Shown here: positions 48,561 to 57,590 of the stretch, piece after piece
Position numbering within the stretch: the first letter of the stretch is position 1
Layout: each line of letters opens with the position of its first letter
Source: Bdellovibrionales bacterium
Lineage (GTDB): Bacteria; Bdellovibrionota; Bdellovibrionia; Bdellovibrionales; UBA1609
NCBI GenBank assembly: GCA_027317865.1
Contig: DAHVQG010000003.1
Location: 96,001-160,000 of the forward strand
Direction: 5' to 3'
Length of the DNA: 64,000 nucleotides
Position numbers and translations under genes: made by a program
The notes under the pieces: generated by a model
What the model was told of the DNA's origin: nothing
What the model saw: only the letters and a program-made list of their open reading frames with translations
Databases searched by the model: none

Positions 48561-50956
48561 CCCAGATTGATATCGAATGGGCTCTCAAAAAATTGCGTCC
48601 GGCGCATGCGATTTCAATTCGTTCGACCGATCCAAATTTCGATTTAGACAAGGTTTTAGAAGCACCGGCCTTCGTTTCAGATTTTATTGGGCAAAAACTC
48701 GAAGATAAATTGGCGGAACATCCGCGATGGAGTGAATCGATTCCGCTTCGCCTTGGTTCGTGGGCGCGCGGCGAGTTATGTGCAAAGTCGGATATCGACA
48801 TTTTGTTTTTAGGACCCGAAGAGGCCGTCGGCGAAGTGGTTGCCGATTTACAACGGACAGGGTTTAAAATTCGCGCGCGGGTGCCTCAAGACCGATCGGA
48901 TTGGACGGTGGGAGTCGACAGTTTTGACGTTCTTTCGCTTCTTTTTTCGCATCACGATCGTGCCGGCAGTGCAGAGCGTACCGGCAGTCAAAATATAGTA
49001 GTCGACGAGAACAAGGACCTCGTATTGCAACAAATCAAAAAGATTGAGGCACGCGGAATTCAATACAAGAAAAGACTTTTGCAAGCGATGGTTCGCGAAA
49101 GAAAAGAACGTGCCCGCCGCTATGATTCAATTGTTAATTTTTTGGAGCCGAATTTAAAGTATGGGCCCGGCGGTCTGCGCGATCTTGATCAGGCGATGAT
49201 GGCAGAGCGGTTATTTTCTGAGAAATTTTTGGGCGACGAAGCGTCGCTGTCTCGGCTGCGCGGTTATAAGCAATTTTTTCTTTTGGTGCGCCATTGGCTC
49301 CATTTGACAGATAGCGAGCGGGAGGGTGGCCGTGAAGTTCGTGATACGGTACGCGCCTCTTATCAACAGGAACTGGCGGAATTTCTGCGATACGAAAGTG
49401 CCATTCAGTTCATGTCGGATTTAGAATTCGCCCTTTCAGAAGTTAATTTTTACGCCGATTGGGCCGTAGAGCAGGCGCGAACCGCGCGCGCGAGGCAAAT
49501 TGGACCTGCCGTTCTCGAACGTGTAAAAATGCATCCGATTCAAGCGTTGGCACGAGACTCGTCTATGTTGATTCAAAAGCGAATTCGCGAACATTTATTC
49601 AAGCGCCGGGATATGATCGAGCCGTTTGTGCACACGTTTCATCCCGATATGTCCGAGGTTTTACTCGCCGCTTTATTTCGCGCAAAATTTCTGGCTCGGA
49701 TGATTCCAGACCTTGAACGTGTGACGGGGCTGGTTCAACACGATCAATACCATCGCTACAGCGTCGACGCCCACACGTTTCAAGCCTTACGAGAGGTGTT
49801 GCGCATCAAGCGACATCCTCGAAGGCTCGGGCGGTTGGCCGAAGTCGCATCCCGGCTCAAAGCTCGCGATTGGAAGATTATTTTTTGGGCGGCTCTTTTT
49901 CACGATCTCGGCAAAGGGCTTCGTGATCGGTCTGAAAAGGGCGGACATTCGATTGCCGGGGCACGGATCGCAAGGCGTGAGTTAAAGTTTTTAAAAATGC
50001 CCGAAGGGATCACTCCCGAAATTGTTTGGCTGGTTGAAAATCATCTTTTAATGTCGACGGCCGCTTTTAGGCGCGATTCGCAAGACCCGGCGGTATGGTC
50101 AGAACTTTTCGCGCGCGGTCTAAAAGAAGGCCGGATCGCACGGCTCGCCATTTTAACGGCGGTCGACATACGTGCCACTAATATTGACGCTTGGAATGAC
50201 TGGAAGGCGCAGCTTCTCGGACAACTTGTCGCGAGTCTTGAATCCCCGCCCGCACATGCACTTGGCCGGCTTGTCGAAACTTCGTCTGAAATTCGGCGGT
50301 GGGCGGAGAAATTAGACCCAAGAGTAATTGAGAGTGTTTCGGCGGCACAATTGCTCCATGATTACAACCAGCTCGTAGCCATGCGTTCTAAAGAGTTCAA
50401 TGTCAGCCGGCCAGTTGTTGTCAAAAATCGTCGTAAAGAAACTTGGGTTCGGTTTCATTCACCGACGGACCGCCCCGGGTTGTTTTTGGATTTCACGCGC
50501 ATTCTTTTGTCGCTCGGTCTCGATGTACAAGAAGCGTTCGTGCAAACATTTGCTGATCTCGGTGCCTATGATTGGTTTCATGTAAAATCGCGACGATCGC
50601 GCCAAGTTTTACAGGCGCATTTTAAAGTTTTAACCAAAAATCTAATCGCAAACGCCTCGATGTCACAGATCAATGGAAGTTTAGCGGCGTCGCAGGCGCA
50701 GCTATGGCAGACGATTGAATTGGTTTCTGAAAGTGATCGGTCGGCTATCGTAAGTTTTCGCGGCCGTGATCAACGAGGGGCGCTTATGGCGGCCGCGCAA
50801 ATGATTTTCGCCGAAGGTTTTGAAATTCGATCCGCAAAGGTACACACATGGGGCCGACAAATCGAGGATGTGTTTACCTTAAAAAAATCCGGACCTGACG
50901 ATGATCGAATTCGTATTTGGGTCGGTAAGATTTCGGCTCAAAAACGGCAGTTGTGA
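48539..50956 (+). CDS. glnD: [Protein-PII] uridylyltransferase / uridylyl-removing enzyme
   Basis: NTase GSWARGEL...SDIDIL, EPNLK.GPGGLRD, Q...YH.YSVD.HT, HD motif HDLGKG, and two ACT-like domains (DRPGL; DQRGAL...EDVF). Confidence 0.88.
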   Translation: MAAKSFLTQIDIEWALKKLRPAHAISIRSTDPNFDLDKVLEAPAFVSDFIGQKLEDKLAEHPRWSESIPLRLGSWARGELCAKSDIDILFLGPEEAVGEVVADLQRTGFKIRARVPQDRSDWTVGVDSFDVLSLLFSHHDRAGSAERTGSQNIVVDENKDLVLQQIKKIEARGIQYKKRLLQAMVRERKERARRYDSIVNFLEPNLKYGPGGLRDLDQAMMAERLFSEKFLGDEASLSRLRGYKQFFLLVRHWLHLTDSEREGGREVRDTVRASYQQELAEFLRYESAIQFMSDLEFALSEVNFYADWAVEQARTARARQIGPAVLERVKMHPIQALARDSSMLIQKRIREHLFKRRDMIEPFVHTFHPDMSEVLLAALFRAKFLARMIPDLERVTGLVQHDQYHRYSVDAHTFQALREVLRIKRHPRRLGRLAEVASRLKARDWKIIFWAALFHDLGKGLRDRSEKGGHSIAGARIARRELKFLKMPEGITPEIVWLVENHLLMSTAAFRRDSQDPAVWSELFARGLKEGRIARLAILTAVDIRATNIDAWNDWKAQLLGQLVASLESPPAHALGRLVETSSEIRRWAEKLDPRVIESVSAAQLLHDYNQLVAMRSKEFNVSRPVVVKNRRKETWVRFHSPTDRPGLFLDFTRILLSLGLDVQEAFVQTFADLGAYDWFHVKSRRSRQVLQAHFKVLTKNLIANASMSQINGSLAASQAQLWQTIELVSESDRSAIVSFRGRDQRGALMAAAQMIFAEGFEIRSAKVHTWGRQIEDVFTLKKSGPDDDRIRIWVGKISAQKRQL

Positions 50957-51324
50957 GGGTTCAAAAGGGTGCCTAATCATTAGGCGGCTCGACTTTTCTC
51001 GGGGACGGACTTTCGGTTAATGCACTTGTACAAAAAAATTTTTGAACCCGCTAACCAGGTTTCGAGTTGGCAATGAGTCCAGAGTTTTTGCACGGTTACC
51101 ACTCCTCAAGACGTGCCATTAGTGTGGCGTCGCCAGATTTTTGACGTATTTTTGACGCGAGCCCTGTCAACAATTTCAGATTTTTTTAGATTTCTACTTG
51201 TCGAGGTGGCGAAAGGCTGACAGACTTTTATATGGGGATTGCGTTTTCAGAAAGAGCCGAGAACGTGAGGCTGTAGAAAACGCGTAAGTATAATCGTTAA
51301 ACAATAAGTGGGGAGGGAGCAAGG

Positions 51325-51681
51325 ATGCTCAGAGATGTACTCATCCAAAAAGGTTTATCAAATCGCGAGTCGGAAGTCGCGGAACTCGTGACAAAGGGTA
51401 TGTCCAACAAGGAAGTGGCCAACCAGCTTTTTGTCACGGAAAAAACCGTGAAGTTCCACCTGACGAACATCTATAAAAAGATGAACGTCAAGTCACGTGC
51501 ACAGCTGATTGTATGGTGCATGCCACACACCAGCTTTATCGAGAAAGAAGAGCGTCCAGCCGAAGCGCCACAAGTTGCGGCAGCACCGGCGGCAGCTCCC
51601 AGCACAATTCCAGCTGGATCCGCAACAGTTGCGGGTACAACGGGAACAGGCTTTCGCGGTAACAACGATCTTGGCATTTAG
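51325..51681 (+). CDS. Stand-alone LuxR/GerE-type HTH regulator
   Basis: LSNRESEV..LV.KGMSNKEVA..LFVTEKTVKFHL.NIY.K motif; GGGAGG RBS; Ala/Pro-rich tail. Confidence 0.92.
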   Translation: MLRDVLIQKGLSNRESEVAELVTKGMSNKEVANQLFVTEKTVKFHLTNIYKKMNVKSRAQLIVWCMPHTSFIEKEERPAEAPQVAAAPAAAPSTIPAGSATVAGTTGTGFRGNNDLGI

Positions 51682-51706
51682 TCGTTAGACTTACTTCGGG
51701 GCTCGA

Positions 51707-52177
51707 ATGGAAGGTAAGCCAGTATCTCAGTCCATCGTTAAAATGACTGAGCTTGTCCATCCGAGCCATACCAACGCGCTCAATAGTGCGTTTGGCGGTG
51801 TGATCGTTTCTTGGATAGATATCTGCGCGGCCATTTGTGCCATGAGGCACGCGCAAAAGCCTGTCGTGACGGCGTCGATCGATGCTTTACACTTTATTAA
51901 TCCAGTTTATGCAGGTTGGATCGTCAACCTGCACGCTTCAGTTAATTACACGGGTCGCACATCCATGGAGATCGGCGTTCGCGCTGATGCTGAAAATCCC
52001 ATTAAAGGCGAATCATTTCATGTTGCGTCCGCTTATTTGACTTTCGTTGCTTTAAGCGACCAGAAAAAGCCCATTGATATTCCTAAAATCATTCCTGAAT
52101 CCGAAATTGAAAAGCGCCGCTATGCCGAGGCCGAAAAGCGTCGCGAAGCTCGACTTGCGATGCGTGCGAAGGTTTAA
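51707..52177 (+). CDS. Hotdog-fold acyl-CoA thioesterase
   Basis: P.HTN...FGG, VTASID, GRTSMEIGV and TFVAL motifs. Confidence 0.92.
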   Translation: MEGKPVSQSIVKMTELVHPSHTNALNSAFGGVIVSWIDICAAICAMRHAQKPVVTASIDALHFINPVYAGWIVNLHASVNYTGRTSMEIGVRADAENPIKGESFHVASAYLTFVALSDQKKPIDIPKIIPESEIEKRRYAEAEKRREARLAMRAKV

Positions 52178-52566
52178 CCGTACCACATGCCCTCAAATTT
52201 CATTCCGTCAGGGTCGGTGAAGTAGACAGCGTAGTACTTGTCATAATATTCACCGGCTGGGTCGACGATTTTGGCTCCCACTTTTTTGAGATAAATTTGC
52301 AGTTCGTCGACTTCTTTTTTTGAACCTAAGCGGTAGGCATAGTGATGAAATCCGACATCGCCAAAATGGTGTTTGCTTTTTAGGTGTCGTTTTTCGGCCT
52401 GCGTGATCCAAAGCCGTGTTTGACCGTTGGTCCATCCCATAGAATCTTCGTACTCGTCGAGTACTTTGAATCCTAAAAATTTCATGAGACCGTCGTAGAA
52501 CTGGCGCGACTTTTTAAAGTTACTCACTGTTATAGAAAGATGATCAACCGCTGTTACTTTTGGCAT
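52174..52566 (-). CDS. VOC/glyoxalase-family protein
   Basis: DHLSITVS, GFHHYA and YYAVYFTDPDG.K.E motifs. Confidence 0.9.
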   Translation of the reverse strand: MPKVTAVDHLSITVSNFKKSRQFYDGLMKFLGFKVLDEYEDSMGWTNGQTRLWITQAEKRHLKSKHHFGDVGFHHYAYRLGSKKEVDELQIYLKKVGAKIVDPAGEYYDKYYAVYFTDPDGMKFEGMWYG

Positions 52567-52772
52567 TGGCTACCTCCGTTGCTACTCTTTAATACAAATC
52601 TTCGAACATGCGTCTTGGATAATGAAAATTTATAATGAAAGAGTAGGAAGTTGCGGACTGGCGTCACGGTTATTGAGAATTCAACCGTGTGGTAGGGTGT
52701 AAGCGATTTTAATTCAAAATAGCGCGCTCTTTGCGGAGCGCGCTATCGTAAATAACTGTTGTTTCGATTTGA

Positions 52773-53726
52773 TTATCGGTGGCCGAATGGTCGGCCCGGT
52801 CGTCTAAATACCGGTGGCCGAAAAACGGGTCGCGGTGGTGGACGAAATACCGGTGGTCTATAAACCGGACGCGGTGGTGGACGAAATACCGGTGGACGGC
52901 GAACTGGCGGCCGATAAACCGGCGGCCTGTAAACGGGCGGGTGAAATGGGCGATGCGGACGGTGCCAGCGATGATCCGGAGGTCGCACAATAAATATTGG
53001 TGGGGGTTCAGGTGGCTGAACATAAATCGGAGGCTGTGGTTCATATATAGGCGGAGGTTGCGGTCCATAATATACCGGAGGTGGGGGTGGTGGTTCGACA
53101 ACAACGGGTGGTTGCGCCGGTGGCATAATTACCGGCGGCGGTTGAACAACCGGCGGTGGTTGCAATCCAAAAGTGGGAGGAACCGGTACTGGGTTGTCGT
53201 TGAGGTTTTCTAACATCAGAGTGTCGACACTCGGGGCGCCGACCGCATTTACCGCCGCGGGATTATGACTGTAAACGGAAACGACGATTGTCGCTCCCAT
53301 ATTAAATGGGACATTGTAAACTACACCGGACTGAGTCACTCTGAAAAGCGTCGTTTTCGCGCAAATCACCGGTTGAGCGGCGTCGCAAACTCCCTGAGTA
53401 CCGTCACTTGCCTGCCAAACAAAATCAGTTGTCAAGTCATGAGCGAGTTGACCGTTGGCGGTATTCACTAGATCGGCTCTTAGATTTAAAATTTCACCTG
53501 GCCGTACGCCTATTGCGGCGGGGTGGTTGACGGCGTTTATACCGTTAATCAATACAACGCGGACAATTGTCCCTTGTACACCGGTTACAACTTGCTGATT
53601 ACCAATTGCGCTTACGGGGCCAGAGCCGGCTCCCGATTCCGCGGCCCAAGCGCTTGGAATTCGCGCAAGGCCGCCGAGTTGCAAACCTCCGAAGGCCAAC
53701 GCTACGGTGAGAAATCGCTTTATCAT
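52773..53726 (-). CDS. Secreted protein with beta-rich N-domain and Pro/Arg-rich repetitive tail
   Basis: GGAGG RBS; signal peptide ending AWA; C-terminal PPV(Y/F)R repeats. Confidence 0.82.
   Translation of the reverse strand: MIKRFLTVALAFGGLQLGGLARIPSAWAAESGAGSGPVSAIGNQQVVTGVQGTIVRVVLINGINAVNHPAAIGVRPGEILNLRADLVNTANGQLAHDLTTDFVWQASDGTQGVCDAAQPVICAKTTLFRVTQSGVVYNVPFNMGATIVVSVYSHNPAAVNAVGAPSVDTLMLENLNDNPVPVPPTFGLQPPPVVQPPPVIMPPAQPPVVVEPPPPPPVYYGPQPPPIYEPQPPIYVQPPEPPPIFIVRPPDHRWHRPHRPFHPPVYRPPVYRPPVRRPPVFRPPPRPVYRPPVFRPPPRPVFRPPVFRRPGRPFGHR
52831..52895. repeat. Coding direct repeat, 26 bp identical with a 39-bp period
   Basis: CGCGGTGGTGGACGAAATACCGGTGG at 52831-52856 and 52870-52895; encodes PPVFRPPPR units on the minus strand. 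Confidence 0.85.
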
Positions 53727-53865
53727 GAGTCCCCCTCCTATTATTCATGAAGTTTCGTATTCATGATGTTTGAGCTCAGAAACGCTCAGACAAAAGGAAC
53801 GGTGCCAAATATCGTGGAGCGACGGCAATCAGAATTTACGGGATGTATACGAGCTGCTGCAAACG

Positions 53866-56148
53866 TCACATTTCTGTGTACGCTTGCGCTTCAAGCGACG
53901 TCATTACGATCGTGTTAAAGACGTCGTTCTCGGTGCATGTCCGTTGTAATACGTTAGCCGGTTTGCGAATGCCGAGTAAAAACGGACCTAGTAATTCGCC
54001 GCCGCCCAGCTGCTGAACAAGCTTATAACCGATGTTGCTGGCATCGAGATTTGGAAACACCAGAATGTTCGCGCCGTTTTTGATTTCGCAAAACGGAAAA
54101 ATTCGCTCCACAAGGGCGGGGTTAACGGCGGCATCGGCCTGCATCTCGCCATCGACAATGAGGTCGGGGTGGCGTTCTTTTACAATTCGCGCGGCTTCGC
54201 GCATTTTTTTAGGCGATGCGAATTCGGCCGCGAAATTCGTAAAGCTGAGCATGGCAATTCGCGGTTCGATTTTAAAGTACTGCGCGATTCGCGACACATA
54301 AATTGCTATCGTTGCCAGTTGTTCAGCCGTTGGGTCGATATTAACGGTGGTATCGGTAAAAAATAGAATTCGATCTTTGATAAGTAAAATATTGACGCCG
54401 GCCGCGACTTGTCCGCGACCTGTGCCGATCACCTGCAATATGGGGCGCACGCAATTTGAATAATTGTTGGTTGCGCCGCTCACAAGCCCGTGCGCGTCGC
54501 CGAGTTTTACGGCCATAGCCGAAAAATAATAGGGATCAGCCATCAATCGCTCAGCTTCAACGAGCAAAACTCCGCGGCGTTTGCGTTGATCATAAAGCGC
54601 TTGCACATAACGTGGATAATCTTTGTGTAACGACGGTTGCACAATGGGAACGTCCATTAAATCGTCAAGCTCAAGCTCTTTAATTTTCTCGCGGATGATA
54701 TCGGGATAACCCAAAAGTACCGGTCGGATGATGCGTTCTTTTTGTACCGAGCTAATTGCCTTTAGAACCTTAGGCGAAAAGCCTTCAGGGAACATGATGA
54801 TCGGCACATCGGAATTTGTCGACTGCGCCTTGGTGCGAATGCGATTAATTGCGGAACGAACGAATCCGCGCGAGGCACTGCCTAGCGCTTCGAGAGAATC
54901 GCGATAGGCTTCGAAATCTTCTATGGGTTTTTGCGCGACCCCTGAATCCATAGCCGCTTTTGCTACGGCAGGCGCAACGTTTACCAGCACTCGCGAATCA
55001 AATGGTTTCGGAATAATGTACTCAGGGCCGAAATGAAAATGTTTGTTTGCATACGCCGACGCCACACTGTCCGGAACATCTTGGCGCGCGAGTGCCGCGA
55101 GCGCATGAACGGCCGCCAATTTCATTTCTTCATTGATGGTTGTCGCTTGTGTGTCAAGGGCGCCGCGAAAAATCGACGGAAATCCCAATACGTTATTTAC
55201 CTGATTTGGAAAATCGGACCGGCCGGTAGCCATGATCACGTCAGGGCGCGCTTTTTTGGCGTCGTCAGGCAAAATTTCGGGATCGGGGTTCGCCATTGCA
55301 AATACAATTGGCTTATTAGTCATGCCTTTGAGCATTTCGGGAGTTACGGCATTGGCAACACTGAGGCCTACGAAAACGTCCGCGTCTTCTAGCGCGTCTT
55401 TAAGTGTCCGCTTTTTGGTGTCGATCGCAAAGGGCTCCTTGAATTTGTTCATGCCCTGTGCGCGGCCTTGGTAAATCACGCCGTGAGAATCGCACATGAG
55501 GATATTTTTTTGCTGTACACCGAGGCGCATGAATATTTTTGCACATGATATCGCGGCAGCACCGGCGCCGTTAAAAACGACTTTAACTTTACTCAATTTA
55601 CGTTTGGTGAGTTCGCAAGCGTTGAGCAGTGCCGCTCCTGAAATAATCGCCGTCCCGTGTTGGTCGTCATGAAAAACGGGAATGTTCATCGATTTTTTTA
55701 ATTCTTCTTCAATATAAAAACAGTCGGGTGACGCAAGATCTTCGAGATTGATGCCGCCAAATGTTGGTTCGAGCGCGCGCACCGCCGCAATGAATTCATC
55801 GGGGGTTTTGGTTTTCACTTCTATGTCAAAAACGTCGATGCCGGCGAATTGTTTGAACAGGACGCCTTTGCCCTCCATGACTGGTTTGGCAGCAAGTGGG
55901 CCAATGTTGCCCAGTCCGAGCACCGCTGTCCCGTTGGACACAACGGCAACTAAGTTACCTTTTGTCGTGTATTTGTAAACATCAGCAGGATTGCGGGCAA
56001 TTTCGATGCACGGAGCCGCGACGCCGGGCGTGTACGCGAGTGACAGTGTGTATTCTGTGTCACACTTTTTGCTGGAGTGAACGTCGACTTTACCGGGTTT
56101 GCCTTGCGCGTGATAATCGAGCGCCGCTTTGGCGATATTTTTATTCAT
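53866..56148 (-). CDS. maeB: NADP-dependent malic enzyme fused to a phosphotransacetylase-like domain
   Basis: LAYTPGVA, KPVMEGK, FHDDQHGTA, GAGAA, TGRSDFPNQVNN motifs and C-terminal DGEMQAD...FPNLDASNI. Confidence 0.95.
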   Translation of the reverse strand: MNKNIAKAALDYHAQGKPGKVDVHSSKKCDTEYTLSLAYTPGVAAPCIEIARNPADVYKYTTKGNLVAVVSNGTAVLGLGNIGPLAAKPVMEGKGVLFKQFAGIDVFDIEVKTKTPDEFIAAVRALEPTFGGINLEDLASPDCFYIEEELKKSMNIPVFHDDQHGTAIISGAALLNACELTKRKLSKVKVVFNGAGAAAISCAKIFMRLGVQQKNILMCDSHGVIYQGRAQGMNKFKEPFAIDTKKRTLKDALEDADVFVGLSVANAVTPEMLKGMTNKPIVFAMANPDPEILPDDAKKARPDVIMATGRSDFPNQVNNVLGFPSIFRGALDTQATTINEEMKLAAVHALAALARQDVPDSVASAYANKHFHFGPEYIIPKPFDSRVLVNVAPAVAKAAMDSGVAQKPIEDFEAYRDSLEALGSASRGFVRSAINRIRTKAQSTNSDVPIIMFPEGFSPKVLKAISSVQKERIIRPVLLGYPDIIREKIKELELDDLMDVPIVQPSLHKDYPRYVQALYDQRKRRGVLLVEAERLMADPYYFSAMAVKLGDAHGLVSGATNNYSNCVRPILQVIGTGRGQVAAGVNILLIKDRILFFTDTTVNIDPTAEQLATIAIYVSRIAQYFKIEPRIAMLSFTNFAAEFASPKKMREAARIVKERHPDLIVDGEMQADAAVNPALVERIFPFCEIKNGANILVFPNLDASNIGYKLVQQLGGGELLGPFLLGIRKPANVLQRTCTENDVFNTIVMTSLEAQAYTEM

Positions 56149-56214
56149 AGGTGATGAAACTCCTTTAGGCTCGAAAGGCTCTATGATACGGTTGAGTTCT
56201 TAGAGGGGTCAACA

Positions 56215-57573
56215 ATGAGTAGCGCAACCGTGAGTCACGACAGAGACGTGGTCATTATAGATGGCGTTCGCACGCCGTTTGCAAAAGCAGGTTCGGATTT
56301 AAAAGACGTTCACGCAGCCGATTTAGGTACGCGGGCACTGAGCGAACTTCTTGCCCGCACCAATGTCGATGTTAAGCAAATTGACGAAGTCATAATCGGG
56401 AATACCGGAAGTCCCGCTGACGCGGTGAATATTTCGCGGGTGATCGCCTTACGTTCAGGTGTTCCGCTTAAAACGTCCGCGTACACTGTGCACCGAAACT
56501 GTGCGTCGGCGCTCGAATCAATTGCGAGCGGGTATGACAAAATTCGCAGTGGCACGCTCGACATGGTGGTATCGGGCGGGGCCGAAAGTATGTCGAAAAT
56601 GCCGATTTTTGTTCCGCAAAAGATCCAGATTATTTTGAATAAATTATTTATGGCGCGAAAACCCTCGCAAGCCTTGCCGTTAATTGGTCGGCTATTTCAA
56701 GCCGATCTCAAACAAATTCGCGCGTTGTTAACGGCCAATCAGAAGGATCCCTATTTTCCTGAAATAGCGGTGGTACAAGGGCTCACCGATCCTTTTGTGG
56801 GAATCAACATGGGGCAAACCGCCGAAATTCTAGCTAAAGAATTCGGTCTATCGCGCGAAATCCAAGATCAGTTTGCTTTACGTTCGCATCAGCGCGCGGT
56901 GGCCGCGACTAAAGAGGGACGGTTGAGAAACGAAATTACCCCGGTTTTTCTGCCGCCTGATTTTAAAAAAATAGTGTCAAACGATGTGGGGCCACGCGAG
57001 AATCAAACGCTTGAACAGTTGGCGAAGCTCAAGCCGTTTTTTGACCGTAAATACGGTTCGATTACGGTTGGCAATGCATGCCCCATCACCGACGGTGCGG
57101 CCATGATGCTCATTATGAGTCGTGAAAAAGCGCGTGCACTCGGCTTTAAGCCACGAGCGAAAATTCGCTCCTATGCGTTTGCTGGCCTTGAACCCGAACG
57201 GATGGGGCTTGGCCCGGCCTATGCGACACCAATCGCCTTGAAGCGTGCCGGTGTAACTTTAAAAGATATCGATCTCATTGAACTCAATGAAGCGTTTGCC
57301 GCTCAAGTGCTCGCATGCGAAAAAGCGATGGCAAGCAAACAATTTGCGCAAGAAAAATTGGGTTTAAGCGAGCCGGTTGGCGAAATTGATCCTGAAAGGC
57401 TCAATGTCAACGGCGGTGCCATCGCGATCGGGCACCCTGTCGGGGCAACGGGTACGCGGCTTGTTCTCACGCTTTTGAACGAAATGGAACGTCAGCACAA
57501 AAATTTGGGACTCGCCACTTTGTGCATCGGCGGCGGTCAAGGCGGGGCAATGGTGATTGAACGAGAGTCATAA
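56215..57573 (+). CDS. fadI: Acetyl-CoA acyltransferase (thiolase, FadI/FadA type)
   Basis: RTPF, NCAS, NEAFA, GHPVGATG and CIGGGQG motifs; upstream of a FadJ-like gene. Confidence 0.88.
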   Translation: MSSATVSHDRDVVIIDGVRTPFAKAGSDLKDVHAADLGTRALSELLARTNVDVKQIDEVIIGNTGSPADAVNISRVIALRSGVPLKTSAYTVHRNCASALESIASGYDKIRSGTLDMVVSGGAESMSKMPIFVPQKIQIILNKLFMARKPSQALPLIGRLFQADLKQIRALLTANQKDPYFPEIAVVQGLTDPFVGINMGQTAEILAKEFGLSREIQDQFALRSHQRAVAATKEGRLRNEITPVFLPPDFKKIVSNDVGPRENQTLEQLAKLKPFFDRKYGSITVGNACPITDGAAMMLIMSREKARALGFKPRAKIRSYAFAGLEPERMGLGPAYATPIALKRAGVTLKDIDLIELNEAFAAQVLACEKAMASKQFAQEKLGLSEPVGEIDPERLNVNGGAIAIGHPVGATGTRLVLTLLNEMERQHKNLGLATLCIGGGQGGAMVIERES

Positions 57574-57590
57574 GGGCAGAGGGAACAAGC

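Noticed and set aside
51190-51300. Possible c-di-GMP riboswitch in the LuxR leader
   Set aside because: I could not identify the GEMM P1/P2 consensus, so it is kept only as an unassigned hairpin.
52800-52940. Direct repeats considered as a possible CRISPR array
   Set aside because: There are only two exact copies with a 13-bp gap and an in-frame 39-bp period. They are explained by the Pro-rich coding sequence, and no cas genes are present.
52709-53213. Alternative-frame ORFs (52709..53104 minus, 52779..53213 plus) with Trp/Arg/His repeats
   Set aside because: These are shadows of the repetitive Pro-rich gene, which has the RBS and signal peptide.
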